From the NCBI GenBank assembly GCA_037446635.1, contig JBBIIG010000039.1:1-35636 (forward strand): a stretch of DNA of 35,636 nucleotides. The letters run 5' to 3'. This stretch comes from a bacterium. GTDB lineage: Bacteria > Zhuqueibacterota > Zhuqueibacteria > Oceanimicrobiales > Oceanimicrobiaceae. The notes under the pieces are model-generated. The model ran no database searches. It was not told the origin of the DNA and saw nothing but the letters and a program-made list of their open reading frames with translations. Each line of letters starts with the position of its first letter. Position 1 is the first letter of the stretch. The translations under genes were made by a program, and so were the position numbers. Positions 1 through 12,816 of the stretch are shown in pieces.

Positions 1-66
1 TAGCTCAGTAGGTAGAGCACCTCACTTGTAATGAGGATGTCGCGGGTTCGATTCCTGCTGGTGGCT
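1..66 (+). tRNA. tRNA-Thr(TGT), 5' acceptor strand cut off by the window edge
   Basis: Begins at TAGCTCAG; anticodon arm CCTCA-CT TGT AA-TGAGG (anticodon 27-29); T arm GCGGG-TTCGATT-CCTGC; 3' acceptor strand TGGTGGC-T; no encoded CCA. Confidence 0.93.
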
Positions 67-82
67 CTTTTTATGTTTATAT

Positions 83-164
83 GGAGAGGTACCCGAGTGG
101 TCAAAGGGATCAGACTGTAAATCTGACGGCTCAGCCTTCGGAGGTTCGAATCCTCCCCTCTCCA
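83..164 (+). tRNA. tRNA-Tyr(GTA)
   Basis: Acceptor GGAGAGG/CCTCTCC-A; anticodon arm TCAGA-CT GTA AA-TCTGA; long variable arm; T loop TTCGAAT. Confidence 0.96.
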
Positions 165-168
165 CATT

Positions 169-241
169 GCGGGAGTAACTCAGTTGGCAGAGTCACAGCC
201 TTCCAAGCTGTTGGTCGCGGGTTCGAGTCCCGTCTCCCGCT
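169..241 (+). tRNA. tRNA-Gly(TCC)
   Basis: Acceptor GCGGGAG/CTCCCGC-T; anticodon arm ACAGC-CT TCC AA-GCTGT; T loop TTCGAGT. Confidence 0.96.
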
Positions 242-268
242 CGAGATAAAGCAGGGTGTTAGATTTTT

Positions 269-341
269 GCCCACGTAGCTCAGTTGGCAGAGCACATCCT
301 TGGTAAGGATGAGGTCACCGGTTCAATCCCGGTCGTGGGCT
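269..341 (+). tRNA. tRNA-Thr(GGT)
   Basis: Acceptor GCCCACG/CGTGGGC-T; anticodon arm CATCC-TT GGT AA-GGATG; T arm ACCGG-TTCAATC-CCGGT. Confidence 0.96.
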
Positions 342-381
342 CTGACTCATAACGACAATAATAAATTCAGGTGGCAACTAA

Positions 382-531
382 ATGAGGCAGCTTGTTATTT
401 TAGAATGCGGGGAATGTAAGAATCGCAATTACACCACGACTAAAAACAAAACCAAACATTCGGGCCGGGTTGAATATAAAAAATATTGCCCATTTTGCAG
501 CAAGCACACCTCCCATAAAGAAACCAAATAG
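382..531 (+). CDS. rpmG: 50S ribosomal protein L33 (bL33), zinc-binding C+ type; not in ORF track
   Basis: Manual translation [49 protein letters not shown] (49 aa): CxxC, NYTTTKN, KKYCPxC, HKETK; canonical position before tRNA-Trp-secE. Confidence 0.97.
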   Translation: MRQLVILECGECKNRNYTTTKNKTKHSGRVEYKKYCPFCSKHTSHKETK

Positions 532-548
532 CATTAAGTTGGCTTTAC

Positions 549-621
549 AGGTGAGTAGCTCAATTGGTAGAGCTCTGGTCTCCAAAACCAGCGGTTGCAG
601 GTTCGAGTCCTGTCTCACCTG
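549..621 (+). tRNA. tRNA-Trp(CCA)
   Basis: Acceptor AGGTGAG/CTCACCT-G; anticodon arm CTGGT-CT CCA AA-ACCAG; conserved position upstream of secE. Confidence 0.96.
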
Positions 622-652
622 CGATTGAATAAAAATTCATATTTGTGAGTCT

Positions 653-847
653 ATGAAGCTGATCGAAAAACCTGCGAATTTTATTTCGGAGGTCAACCAG
701 GAAATGTCGAAGGTGAGTTGGCCGACCGCGGAAGAATTGAAGGAATCAACACTGATCGTAATCGTTCTGTCTATTGCATTTGCGATCTTCATTTTTCTTT
801 CAGATACGATACTCAGTAAGTTGCTGAAGTTTATTTTTAGTTTATAA
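653..847 (+). CDS. secE: Preprotein translocase subunit SecE (single-TM type)
   Basis: EMSKVSWPTxxEL motif followed by one hydrophobic segment; lies between tRNA-Trp and nusG. Confidence 0.95.
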   Translation: MKLIEKPANFISEVNQEMSKVSWPTAEELKESTLIVIVLSIAFAIFIFLSDTILSKLLKFIFSL

Positions 848-858
848 GGAGTAGTTGT

Positions 859-1401
859 TTGTCCGAGCTTGAAAAAAACTGGTACGCCATCCATGTTCTT
901 TCCGGTCATGAGGAAAAAGTCAAAACCTATCTCGAGAACGAAATCTCGCGCCTGGGCTTGAATGAAAAGATCACGCAGATCTTGATTCCCGCGGAGGAAG
1001 TGACTGAGATGCGCGATGGCAAGCGGCGGGTGAAAAACAAGGTTTTTTTCCCAGGGTATATGTTGGTGGAAATGGTTTTGGACAAAGACACCCAGCACGT
1101 CGTCTTAAATACACCCGGCGTCACCAATTTTGTTGGCCCTAAAAATAAACCGCAAGCTTTGCGCAAGGATGAAATTGATCGCATTCTCGGCCGCGTGGAG
1201 GAGGGCAGCGTGCGCGAGGTTCTCGATGTGCCTTTCCGGCTGGGGGATCCCATCAAAGTGACCGATGGACCGTTCACGGATTTCACCGGTTTCGTAGAAG
1301 AGATAAATAAAGAAAAGAAGAAAGTAAAAGTTATGGTCAGCATTTTTGGCCGCTCCACGCCGGTGGAGTTGGATTTCTTGCAAGTAGAGCTGGAAAAATA
1401 A
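859..1401 (+). CDS. nusG: Transcription termination/antitermination factor NusG
   Basis: WYAIHVLSGHEEKVK, FFPGYMLVEM, TPGVTNFVG, KOW GPFTDFTG, IFGRSTPVELDF; TTG start with AAGGAG upstream. Confidence 0.98.
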   Translation: MSELEKNWYAIHVLSGHEEKVKTYLENEISRLGLNEKITQILIPAEEVTEMRDGKRRVKNKVFFPGYMLVEMVLDKDTQHVVLNTPGVTNFVGPKNKPQALRKDEIDRILGRVEEGSVREVLDVPFRLGDPIKVTDGPFTDFTGFVEEINKEKKKVKVMVSIFGRSTPVELDFLQVELEK

Positions 1402-1413
1402 ATTTGAGGTGTT

Positions 1414-1836
1414 ATGGCAAAAAAAGTTTTGACCACCATTAAATTGCAGATTCCCGCGGGGCAGGCCAATCCGTCGCCGCCAGTGGGGCCGGCGTTGGGC
1501 CAGGCAGGTGTAAACATTATGGAATTTTGCAAAACCTTCAATGCGCGTACTCAGGACAAACAGGGCTTGATCATCCCAGTGGTAATCACCGTTTATGCGG
1601 ATCGCTCGTTCACATTTATAACCAAGACTCCGCCGGCTTCGATTTTGATTAAGAAGGCGATCGGGCTTGAAAAAGGTTCGGGGGAACCGAATCGTAATAA
1701 AGTCGGCAAAATCAGCAAACAACAAATCAAAGAGATTGCCCAAACCAAGCTGCCGGATTTAAACGCCACCGATCTCGAAGCGGCCATGCGCATGGTGGAG
1801 GGCACGGCGCGCAGCATGGGCGTCGTGGTGGAATGA
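1414..1836 (+). CDS. rplK: 50S ribosomal protein L11
   Basis: [35 protein letters not shown]. Confidence 0.99.
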   Translation: MAKKVLTTIKLQIPAGQANPSPPVGPALGQAGVNIMEFCKTFNARTQDKQGLIIPVVITVYADRSFTFITKTPPASILIKKAIGLEKGSGEPNRNKVGKISKQQIKEIAQTKLPDLNATDLEAAMRMVEGTARSMGVVVE

Positions 1837-1846
1837 GGGAATAAAC

Positions 1847-2548
1847 ATGAAAAAAAGCAAACGCTTAAAGCAAGTTTCATCGCTGGTTGAAATTGGAAAA
1901 GATTACGCGCTCGAAGATGCGGTGGCGTTGATTAAGAAAACCGCCACCGCCAAATTCGACGAATCGGTGGAGATCGCAGTCAACCTCGGCGTTGATCCGC
2001 GCCAGGCCGATCAAGTGGTGCGCGGCACGGTCTCGCTGCCGCACGGCGTTGGCAAAGAAGTGCGCGTATTGGTTTTAGCCAGAGGCGATAAAGAGAAAGA
2101 GGCAAAAGACGCTGGCGCCGATTATGTGGGATTCGATGAATACATCAAAAAAATTCAGGAAGGCTGGCTCGATTTTGACGTCATCGTCGCCACGCCAGAC
2201 GTGATGGCGGAAGTGGGCAAGTTAGGAAAGATTTTGGGCCCCCGCGGCTTAATGCCCAACCCCAAGAGCGGCACCGTCACCTTCGACGTTGGCAAAGCGG
2301 TTAAGGAAGTAAAGGCCGGCAAAATCGAGTTTCGCGTCGATAAAAACGGCATCATTCACGTCGCCATTGGCAAAGCCTCGTTCGATGCGGATAAAATTCG
2401 GGAGAATGTCCTGGCGTTTATGGACACCGTGGTTCGCCTCAAGCCCGCTTCCTCAAAAGGGCAGTATATCAAGCGCGTTACCCTTTCCAACACCATGGGC
2501 CCGGGCATTCGCGTCGATCGCGCAACCCTGCTAAGCGAAGTGCGGTGA
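1847..2548 (+). CDS. rplA: 50S ribosomal protein L1
   Basis: [50 protein letters not shown]. Confidence 0.99.
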   Translation: MKKSKRLKQVSSLVEIGKDYALEDAVALIKKTATAKFDESVEIAVNLGVDPRQADQVVRGTVSLPHGVGKEVRVLVLARGDKEKEAKDAGADYVGFDEYIKKIQEGWLDFDVIVATPDVMAEVGKLGKILGPRGLMPNPKSGTVTFDVGKAVKEVKAGKIEFRVDKNGIIHVAIGKASFDADKIRENVLAFMDTVVRLKPASSKGQYIKRVTLSNTMGPGIRVDRATLLSEVR

Positions 2549-2584
2549 AGTAGTTTCAAATCATTTTCGAGAAAGAGAATCATC

Positions 2585-3106
2585 ATGCCAACTGCTGAGA
2601 AAATTGCTGTCGTTGATGAAATAACCAAGCGCTTCAAGGAATCCAAAAGCGTTTTCTTGACCGATTTTACCGGATTGGACGTTGCGCAAATGACCGAGCT
2701 GCGGCGAGCCTTTAAACGCGCCGAAGTTCATTATGAGGTGGTGAAAAATACGTTGGCTCGCCGCTCCGCGCGCGCGGCTAATTATGAAGCGATTGTAGAT
2801 TACCTCGACGGCGTGACAGCGCTGGCGTTCGGCATTTCCGACCCCACGGCGCCGGCCAAAGTTATTCGCGATTTCAAAAGGACGTCGGACAAGTTACAAA
2901 TCAAAGCCTGTCTTTTTGAGGGGATGGTGATCGGCCCGGAGCGAATCGATGAGATCACCGATCTGCCGTCGCGCGAGGTGTTGTTGGGTAAAGTGGTGGG
3001 CGTGCTCAATGCACCGGTCTCGAAGCTGGCGTTTTCGCTCAACGCCGTACTGACCAAAGTGGCGTTGGCCATCGACGCTGTTCGTAAACAGAAAGAATCA
3101 CAATAA
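2585..3106 (+). CDS. rplJ: 50S ribosomal protein L10
   Basis: DFTGLDVAQMTELR, VVKNTLAR, LPSREVLL; synteny rplA-rplJ-rplL. Confidence 0.97.
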   Translation: MPTAEKIAVVDEITKRFKESKSVFLTDFTGLDVAQMTELRRAFKRAEVHYEVVKNTLARRSARAANYEAIVDYLDGVTALAFGISDPTAPAKVIRDFKRTSDKLQIKACLFEGMVIGPERIDEITDLPSREVLLGKVVGVLNAPVSKLAFSLNAVLTKVALAIDAVRKQKESQ

Positions 3107-3150
3107 ATAAACTTAGTTGAAAACAATCTCTATTTTTAAGGGAGGTTCTA

Positions 3151-3606
3151 ATGCCAGAAACCAAAGAAGCTGCGGCCACGGAAGAAAAGCCAAAGAAGAA
3201 AGCCAGCAAGGCCGGCAACGGTCATGTGGATTCGGTTTTGGAAATGATCGAAAACATGACGGTACTGGAGCTGGTGGATTTAGTCAAAGCGATTGAAGAG
3301 CGGTTTGGCGTTACGGCGCAAGCGCCGGTGATCACGGCGCCGGCGCCAGCAGGCGGTGGAGCGGCGGCTGCGCCGGGAGCGGCGCCCGAAGAGAAAACCG
3401 AGTTCAATGTGATTCTCGCCTCGGCGGGTGCGCAGAAGATCCAGGTGATAAAAGTCGTTCGCGCCATTACCAACTTGGGATTAAAAGAAGCCAAGGATTT
3501 GGTGGATTCAGCTCCGAAGCCGGTCAAAGAGGGCGTTTCGAAAGAAGAAGCGGAAAGCATCAAAAAGCAATTGGAAGAAGCTGGGGCCACGGTTGAGCTC
3601 AAATAG
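3151..3606 (+). CDS. rplL: 50S ribosomal protein L7/L12 with N-terminal extension
   Basis: [19 protein letters not shown], Ala/Pro hinge, [35 protein letters not shown] upstream of ATG 3151. Confidence 0.97.
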   Translation: MPETKEAAATEEKPKKKASKAGNGHVDSVLEMIENMTVLELVDLVKAIEERFGVTAQAPVITAPAPAGGGAAAAPGAAPEEKTEFNVILASAGAQKIQVIKVVRAITNLGLKEAKDLVDSAPKPVKEGVSKEEAESIKKQLEEAGATVELK

Positions 3607-3645
3607 AGCGCTCTTTTTTACTTCAAGCTTTGAGGTGTTTAATTT

Positions 3646-7449
<3,804 letters not shown>

Positions 7450-7514
7450 GCGCCGCTGCCTTTTCCAAAATTTCGCTTTAGTCGTGATAAAGCAATCTAA
7501 CTTGGAGGTCTAAA

Positions 7515-10500
7515 TTGGCCTATTTAACCAGACCAGACAAAACAGTGAAAAAGCGCTTCGACGCCATCTCTATCAGTTTGGCGTCATCCGATAAAATCTT
7601 AGAGCGTTCGTACGGCGAAGTGACGAAGCCGGAGACCATCAATTATCGTTCGTTCAAGCCGGAAAAAGACGGCTTGTTTTGTGAGAAAATTTTTGGGCCA
7701 GTGCGCGACTGGGAGTGCCACTGCGGAAAATATAAACGCATCCGCTATAAAGGAATCATCTGCGATCGCTGCGGCGTTGAGGTTACCACGAAAAGCGTGC
7801 GCCGCGAGCGCATGGGCCACATTTCGCTAGCGGTGCCGGTGGTGCACATCTGGTTTTGGAAATCACTGCCCACTAAAATCGGCTACATTCTCGGCATGAG
7901 CTCCAAAGAGCTGGAGAAAATTATTTACTACGAATCCTACGTCGTCATCCATCCTGGGAAAAGCGGCTTAAAAGAAAAAGAATTAATTACCGAAGAACAG
8001 TATTTCCAGATTTTGAGCGAGCATTCGGGAGCGGGCGACGATGACGAGGCGGAAGAAGGCAGTCAGTTTGTCGCTAAAATTGGCGGCGAGGCCGTACTTG
8101 AGTTGCTCAGAAAAACCGATATCCATAGCTTGTCTTTGCAGTTGCGCCGTCAGGCGAAAGAGGAAACCTCGGCTCAGCGCAAAACCGAGGCGTTGAAACG
8201 GCTGCGGGTGATTGAGGCGTTCAAGAAGAGCTCCAACCGTCCGGAGTGGATGGTGATGTCGGTCATCCCGGTCATCCCGCCCGAACTGCGTCCGCTGGTG
8301 CCGCTGGAAGGCGGCCGCTTCGCCACCAGCGATCTCAACGATTTGTACCGGCGGGTGATCATCCGCAACAATCGTCTCAAAAAGCTCATCGAAATCAAAG
8401 CGCCGGAAGTCATTCTTCGCAATGAGAAACGGATGCTGCAAGAGGCCGTGGACGCGTTGTTTGACAACGGCCGCAAAACCGCTGCGGTGCGCGGCGACGG
8501 CAATCGGCCGTTGAAATCGCTCTCCGATATGCTGCGCGGAAAGCAGGGCCGGTTCCGGCAGAACCTGCTGGGCAAGCGCATCGACTATTCGGGCCGCTCG
8601 GTGATCGTGGTGGGTCCGGAGCTGAATCTCCACCAGTGCGGCCTGCCCAAAGAGATGGCCCTGGAGTTGTTTAAGCCGTTTGTCATCCGCAAGCTGGTGG
8701 AGCGCGGCATGGTCAAAACCGTAAAGAGCGCCAAAAAGTTGGTGGATAAACGCAGCGCCGAGGTTTGGGATATTTTAGAAGAAATTATTGACGATCACCC
8801 GGTGCTGCTCAACCGCGCGCCGACGCTGCACCGACTCGGCATTCAGGCGTTTCAGCCTATTTTGATTGAAGGAAAAGCCATTCAGGTTCATCCGCTGGTT
8901 TGCGCGGCATTTAATGCGGACTTCGACGGCGACCAGATGGCGGTGCACGTGCCGCTGTCGTATTATTCGCAAATCGAAACCCGCTTGCTGATGCTTTCCA
9001 GCCACAATATTCTTTCGCCGGCCAATGGCCGCCCCTTGGCGATCCCGAGCCAGGATATCGTGTTGGGGATTTACTATCTCACCAAAATGAAAGAAGGGGA
9101 TCTGGGCGAAGGCAAGCTCTTTTCATCTCCGGATGAAGTGGTGGTGGCTCATAACGACGGCAAGTTGGGCTTAAACGCCAGAATCAAAGTGCGCATCAAT
9201 GGTAAAACCATAGAAACCACCACCGGCCGGGTTATTTTCAATCGCGTCATTCCCCAAGGCATTGAATACGTCAATGAATTGCTCACCAAGCGCCGTATGG
9301 AAGAAATCATCGCCGAGGTTTACAAAGTGCACGGCAATTATCAAACGGCGATTTTTTTGGATAAACTCAAAGCGCTAGGATTTTATTACGCGATGAAATC
9401 GGGCGTCACCGTTGGCATCGACGACGTGCGCATCCCGGAAGAGAAACCGATGCTGCTGGAGGAGGCCACCAAAAAAGTCACGACGATTCAAAATCAATAC
9501 GAGAAAGGCGTGATCACGGACGGCGAGCGCTATAATAAAATCATCGATATCTGGACGCACACCACGAGCGATATCGCCGACAAGCTGTTCACCCACCTTG
9601 AAAAAGATCGCGGCGGGTTCAATCCCATTTATATGATGGCCGATTCCGGTGCCCGCGGCTCAAAGGAACAAATTCGACAATTGGCCGGCATGCGCGGTCT
9701 GATGGCCAAGCCGCAAAAGAAGATGACCGGTCAAATGGGCGAGATCATCGAAGACCCCATCACCGCGAACTTCCGCGAGGGTCTCTCGGTTTTGGAATAT
9801 TTTATTTCCACGCACGGCGCTCGTAAAGGTTTGGCGGATACCGCCTTGAAAACCGCCGACGCCGGCTATTTAACTCGCCGGCTGGTGGACGTGGCGCAGG
9901 ACGTGATCATTACCGAAATCGACTGCAACACGATTTTGGGCATCAACATTGGCGACCTCAAGGAGGGCGAGGAAATTATTGAGCCGCTGCGCGATCGTAT
10001 TTTGGGACGAGTCGCCGCCGAAGACGTTTTCGATCCGGAAACGCAAGACGTGATCGTTGAAGCGGGCACCCTGATCGCTGAGGAAATGGCCGACAAAATA
10101 TCCGACAGCGGCATTGAAAACGTGCGCATTCGCTCGGTGCTCACCTGCGAGGCCAAACGCGGGGTTTGCGCCTATTGTTATGGCCGCAATTTGGCCACCG
10201 GCAAGCTGGTTGAAATCGGTGAAGCCGTCGGCGTGATGGCGGCGCAATCCATCGGCGAACCGGGAACGCAGTTGACGCTTCGTACCTTCCACATCGGCGG
10301 CACGGCGTCGCGCATTGCGGCGCAATCTCAGGTGTCGGCGAAACAAGCTGGTAAGGTTAAATTTGAGAACATTAAGTTTATCACCCAATCCGACGGCGCC
10401 CGCGTCGCGGTTGGACGCAATGGAAAACTGAAGATCATCGATGAAAACAATCGGGTGATGGCGCAATATATCGTCCCTTATGGCGCGCAAATTATGGTAA

Positions 10501-11753
10501 CCGACGATGCGCAGGTGGATAAAGGCGCGGTAGTATTTCAATGGGATCCATTTTCCACCAGCATTCTATCAAATCACGATGGCGCGGTTAAATATGCGGA
10601 TCTCAAAGAAGGGGTTACCTTCCGCGAGGAACTCGATGAGACCACCGGCTTAAAACACCGCGTTATTATCGAGACCCGCAATCGCAATTTGAGTCCGCAA
10701 ATTTATATCGTGGATGACCGCAACAAAAAGCTCAGCAACTACATTTTGCCCACCCGCGCATATTTGCAGGTGCAGGATGGGCAGAAGGTCAAAGCCGGCG
10801 ACGTGCTAGCCAAGATCCCGCGCGAGATCGCTAAAACGCGCGATATCACCGGTGGCCTGCCGCGTGTGGCCGAGTTGTTTGAAGCGCGCCGTCCCAAAGA
10901 ACCAGCGGTGGTCAGTGAAATCGACGGGGTGGTGAAGTTCGGCGAAATTCGACGCGGCATCCGCAAAGTGAGTGTGATCTCCCGCGACGGCCACGAGGAA
11001 AAAGTATATTTGATTCCCTACGGCAAGCACGTGCTGGTTCACGAGGGCGACTACGTCCAGGCGGGAGAAAAACTCTGCGAGGGCAGTGTGGCGCCGGAGG
11101 ATATTCTCAACATCATGGGGCCGAACAAAGTGCAGGAATATTTGGTCAACGAAATTCAAGAGGTCTATCGCTTGCAGGGGGTGCGCATTAACGATAAGCA
11201 CATCGAGGTGATTGTGCGGCAGATGCTGCAAAAAGTGAAGATCGAAGATCCCGGCGACACCAGCTACCTTGAAGGCGATCAGGTTGATAAAATCACCTTT
11301 TTGGAAGAAAACGAAAAAATCAAAAACAAGGTGGTCGTTATTAACGCTGGCGATTCCAAGCTGCAAGTGGGCGAGCTTATCGAAAGCGAGGATTTCGATC
11401 GCTTAAACAAGAAACTCAAGGAAGCCGGAAAAAAGACTGCGTCTGCGCGACCGACCCAACCGGCTACGTTTCAACCCATGCTTTTGGGAATCACCAAGGC
11501 GTCGCTGACAACCGAAAGCTTCATTTCGGCGGCTTCCTTCCAGGAAACGACGCGCGTGTTGACGGACGCTTCGATCGAAGGCAAAGTTGATCGCCTGCTG
11601 GGATTAAAGGAAAATGTCATCATGGGGCATCTCATTCCGGCGGGTACCGGACTTAATAAATTCAAACGAATCCGAGTGTTTTCCGACGCCGCCCAGAAAC
11701 AGGAGGTCGAGGAAGAACGCGCCGAACCCAAATATCGCACCGCGGTCGGCTGA
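7515..11753 (+). CDS. rpoC: DNA-directed RNA polymerase subunit beta'
   Basis: Zn finger CHC..CDRC, catalytic NADFDGDQM, bridge helix [45 protein letters not shown] start with GGAGG at 7504-7508. Confidence 0.99.
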   Translation: MAYLTRPDKTVKKRFDAISISLASSDKILERSYGEVTKPETINYRSFKPEKDGLFCEKIFGPVRDWECHCGKYKRIRYKGIICDRCGVEVTTKSVRRERMGHISLAVPVVHIWFWKSLPTKIGYILGMSSKELEKIIYYESYVVIHPGKSGLKEKELITEEQYFQILSEHSGAGDDDEAEEGSQFVAKIGGEAVLELLRKTDIHSLSLQLRRQAKEETSAQRKTEALKRLRVIEAFKKSSNRPEWMVMSVIPVIPPELRPLVPLEGGRFATSDLNDLYRRVIIRNNRLKKLIEIKAPEVILRNEKRMLQEAVDALFDNGRKTAAVRGDGNRPLKSLSDMLRGKQGRFRQNLLGKRIDYSGRSVIVVGPELNLHQCGLPKEMALELFKPFVIRKLVERGMVKTVKSAKKLVDKRSAEVWDILEEIIDDHPVLLNRAPTLHRLGIQAFQPILIEGKAIQVHPLVCAAFNADFDGDQMAVHVPLSYYSQIETRLLMLSSHNILSPANGRPLAIPSQDIVLGIYYLTKMKEGDLGEGKLFSSPDEVVVAHNDGKLGLNARIKVRINGKTIETTTGRVIFNRVIPQGIEYVNELLTKRRMEEIIAEVYKVHGNYQTAIFLDKLKALGFYYAMKSGVTVGIDDVRIPEEKPMLLEEATKKVTTIQNQYEKGVITDGERYNKIIDIWTHTTSDIADKLFTHLEKDRGGFNPIYMMADSGARGSKEQIRQLAGMRGLMAKPQKKMTGQMGEIIEDPITANFREGLSVLEYFISTHGARKGLADTALKTADAGYLTRRLVDVAQDVIITEIDCNTILGINIGDLKEGEEIIEPLRDRILGRVAAEDVFDPETQDVIVEAGTLIAEEMADKISDSGIENVRIRSVLTCEAKRGVCAYCYGRNLATGKLVEIGEAVGVMAAQSIGEPGTQLTLRTFHIGGTASRIAAQSQVSAKQAGKVKFENIKFITQSDGARVAVGRNGKLKIIDENNRVMAQYIVPYGAQIMVTDDAQVDKGAVVFQWDPFSTSILSNHDGAVKYADLKEGVTFREELDETTGLKHRVIIETRNRNLSPQIYIVDDRNKKLSNYILPTRAYLQVQDGQKVKAGDVLAKIPREIAKTRDITGGLPRVAELFEARRPKEPAVVSEIDGVVKFGEIRRGIRKVSVISRDGHEEKVYLIPYGKHVLVHEGDYVQAGEKLCEGSVAPEDILNIMGPNKVQEYLVNEIQEVYRLQGVRINDKHIEVIVRQMLQKVKIEDPGDTSYLEGDQVDKITFLEENEKIKNKVVVINAGDSKLQVGELIESEDFDRLNKKLKEAGKKTASARPTQPATFQPMLLGITKASLTTESFISAASFQETTRVLTDASIEGKVDRLLGLKENVIMGHLIPAGTGLNKFKRIRVFSDAAQKQEVEEERAEPKYRTAVG

Positions 11754-11795
11754 TCGCGGCTGAACGATAAATCATAAAATTTCTATAAAAAATCG

Positions 11796-11824
11796 TTGCA
11801 TTTTTTATATTGGTTAGTTATATT
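11796..11824 (+). promoter_or_regulatory. Candidate sigma70-type promoter for rpsL-rpsG-fusA-tuf
   Basis: TTGCAT (11796-11801), 17-nt spacer, TATATT (11819-11824), with an AT-rich upstream tract, in the rpoC-rpsL spacer. Confidence 0.6.
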
Positions 11825-11851
11825 CAAAGTCTTTAATTTACGGGTGCTACG

Positions 11852-12223
11852 TTGCCAACAATAAACCAGTTAGTTCGAAACGGGCGAAAGCAAATCGGTA
11901 GAAAAAATAAGGCCCCCGCGTTGACGGGTTCACCGCAACGGCGGGGAGTGTGCACGCGAGTTTATACTACGACTCCCAAGAAGCCGAATTCGGCCTTGCG
12001 CAAGGTTGCGCGCGTTCGTTTAACGAACGGCTTCGAGGTGACAGCTTATATTCCTGGCGAGGGCCACAATTTGCAGGAGCACTCGATCGTTTTAATTCGT
12101 GGCGGCAGAGTTAAAGATCTGCCCGGGGTGCGTTATCATATCGTGCGCGGCGTTTACGATACCGGCGGCGTTCAGGATCGCAATCAGGGGCGTTCAAAGT
12201 ATGGCGCCAAAAGCAAAAGCTAA
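11852..12223 (+). CDS. rpsL: 30S ribosomal protein S12
   Basis: [37 protein letters not shown] start. Confidence 0.99.
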   Translation: MPTINQLVRNGRKQIGRKNKAPALTGSPQRRGVCTRVYTTTPKKPNSALRKVARVRLTNGFEVTAYIPGEGHNLQEHSIVLIRGGRVKDLPGVRYHIVRGVYDTGGVQDRNQGRSKYGAKSKS

Positions 12224-12244
12224 TTAATGCGGGCTTAACAGAAT

Positions 12245-12715
12245 ATGTCAAGAAGGAAACGCGCAGAAGAACGGTCGGTTTTGCCGGATCCCAAATACAA
12301 TCGTGTATTGGTGACCAAGTTTATTAATGGCATCATGCAGCAAGGCAAAAAAAGCGTCGCGGAAAAAATATTTTATACAGCCATCGATATTATCGAGCAG
12401 AGAACCAAAAAGAACGGCCTCGAGGTTTTCGAGAAAGCTATGGAAAATGTGAAGCCGATTTTGGAGGTGCGGTCGCGGCGGGTAGGCGGGGCCACGTATC
12501 AAGTCCCAATGGAAGTGCGCCCCAATCGCAAGCAGGCGCTGGCCATTCGCTGGCTCATTGGCTATGCCAAAGCGCGCGCCGGCAAGTCGATGGCAGAAAA
12601 GCTGGCGGATGAGTTGATCGCGGCTTCGAACAAAGAGGGGAATTCAATTAAGAAGCGGGAAGACACTCACAAAATGGCGGAAGCCAATAAGGCGTTCGCA
12701 CATTTCAGGTGGTAG
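12245..12715 (+). CDS. rpsG: 30S ribosomal protein S7
   Basis: [35 protein letters not shown]. Confidence 0.99.
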   Translation: MSRRKRAEERSVLPDPKYNRVLVTKFINGIMQQGKKSVAEKIFYTAIDIIEQRTKKNGLEVFEKAMENVKPILEVRSRRVGGATYQVPMEVRPNRKQALAIRWLIGYAKARAGKSMAEKLADELIAASNKEGNSIKKREDTHKMAEANKAFAHFRW

Positions 12716-12769
12716 GGCTCACCGCAAGATTTTATCTCCGTTATTTTTGAACGTCAATTAATTTCGATT

Positions 12770-12801
12770 AGGGAAGAGGCTTAATTTCTTCCCTTTTTCT
12801 T
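12770..12801 (+). terminator. Terminator-like hairpin between rpsG and fusA
   Basis: AGGGAAGA (12770-12777) pairs with TCTTCCCT (12787-12794), followed by TTTTCTT. Confidence 0.5.
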
Positions 12802-12816
12802 GAAGAAGGTCAAGTT

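Noticed and set aside
81..618. ORFs 81..278 (+) and 400..618 (-)
   Set aside because: They overlap tRNA genes and rpmG; these are typical spurious translations of tRNA sequence.
549..621. Possible UGA recoding via tRNA-Trp
   Set aside because: The anticodon is CCA, TGA terminates several genes at their expected ends (rplK, rplA, rpoB, rpoC, rpsJ), and no in-frame stops interrupt conserved genes.
3595..3620. Possible attenuator between rplL and rpoB (AGAGCGCTCT followed by a T run)
   Set aside because: The palindrome has no loop and alternative stems are only about 4 bp; too weak to call.
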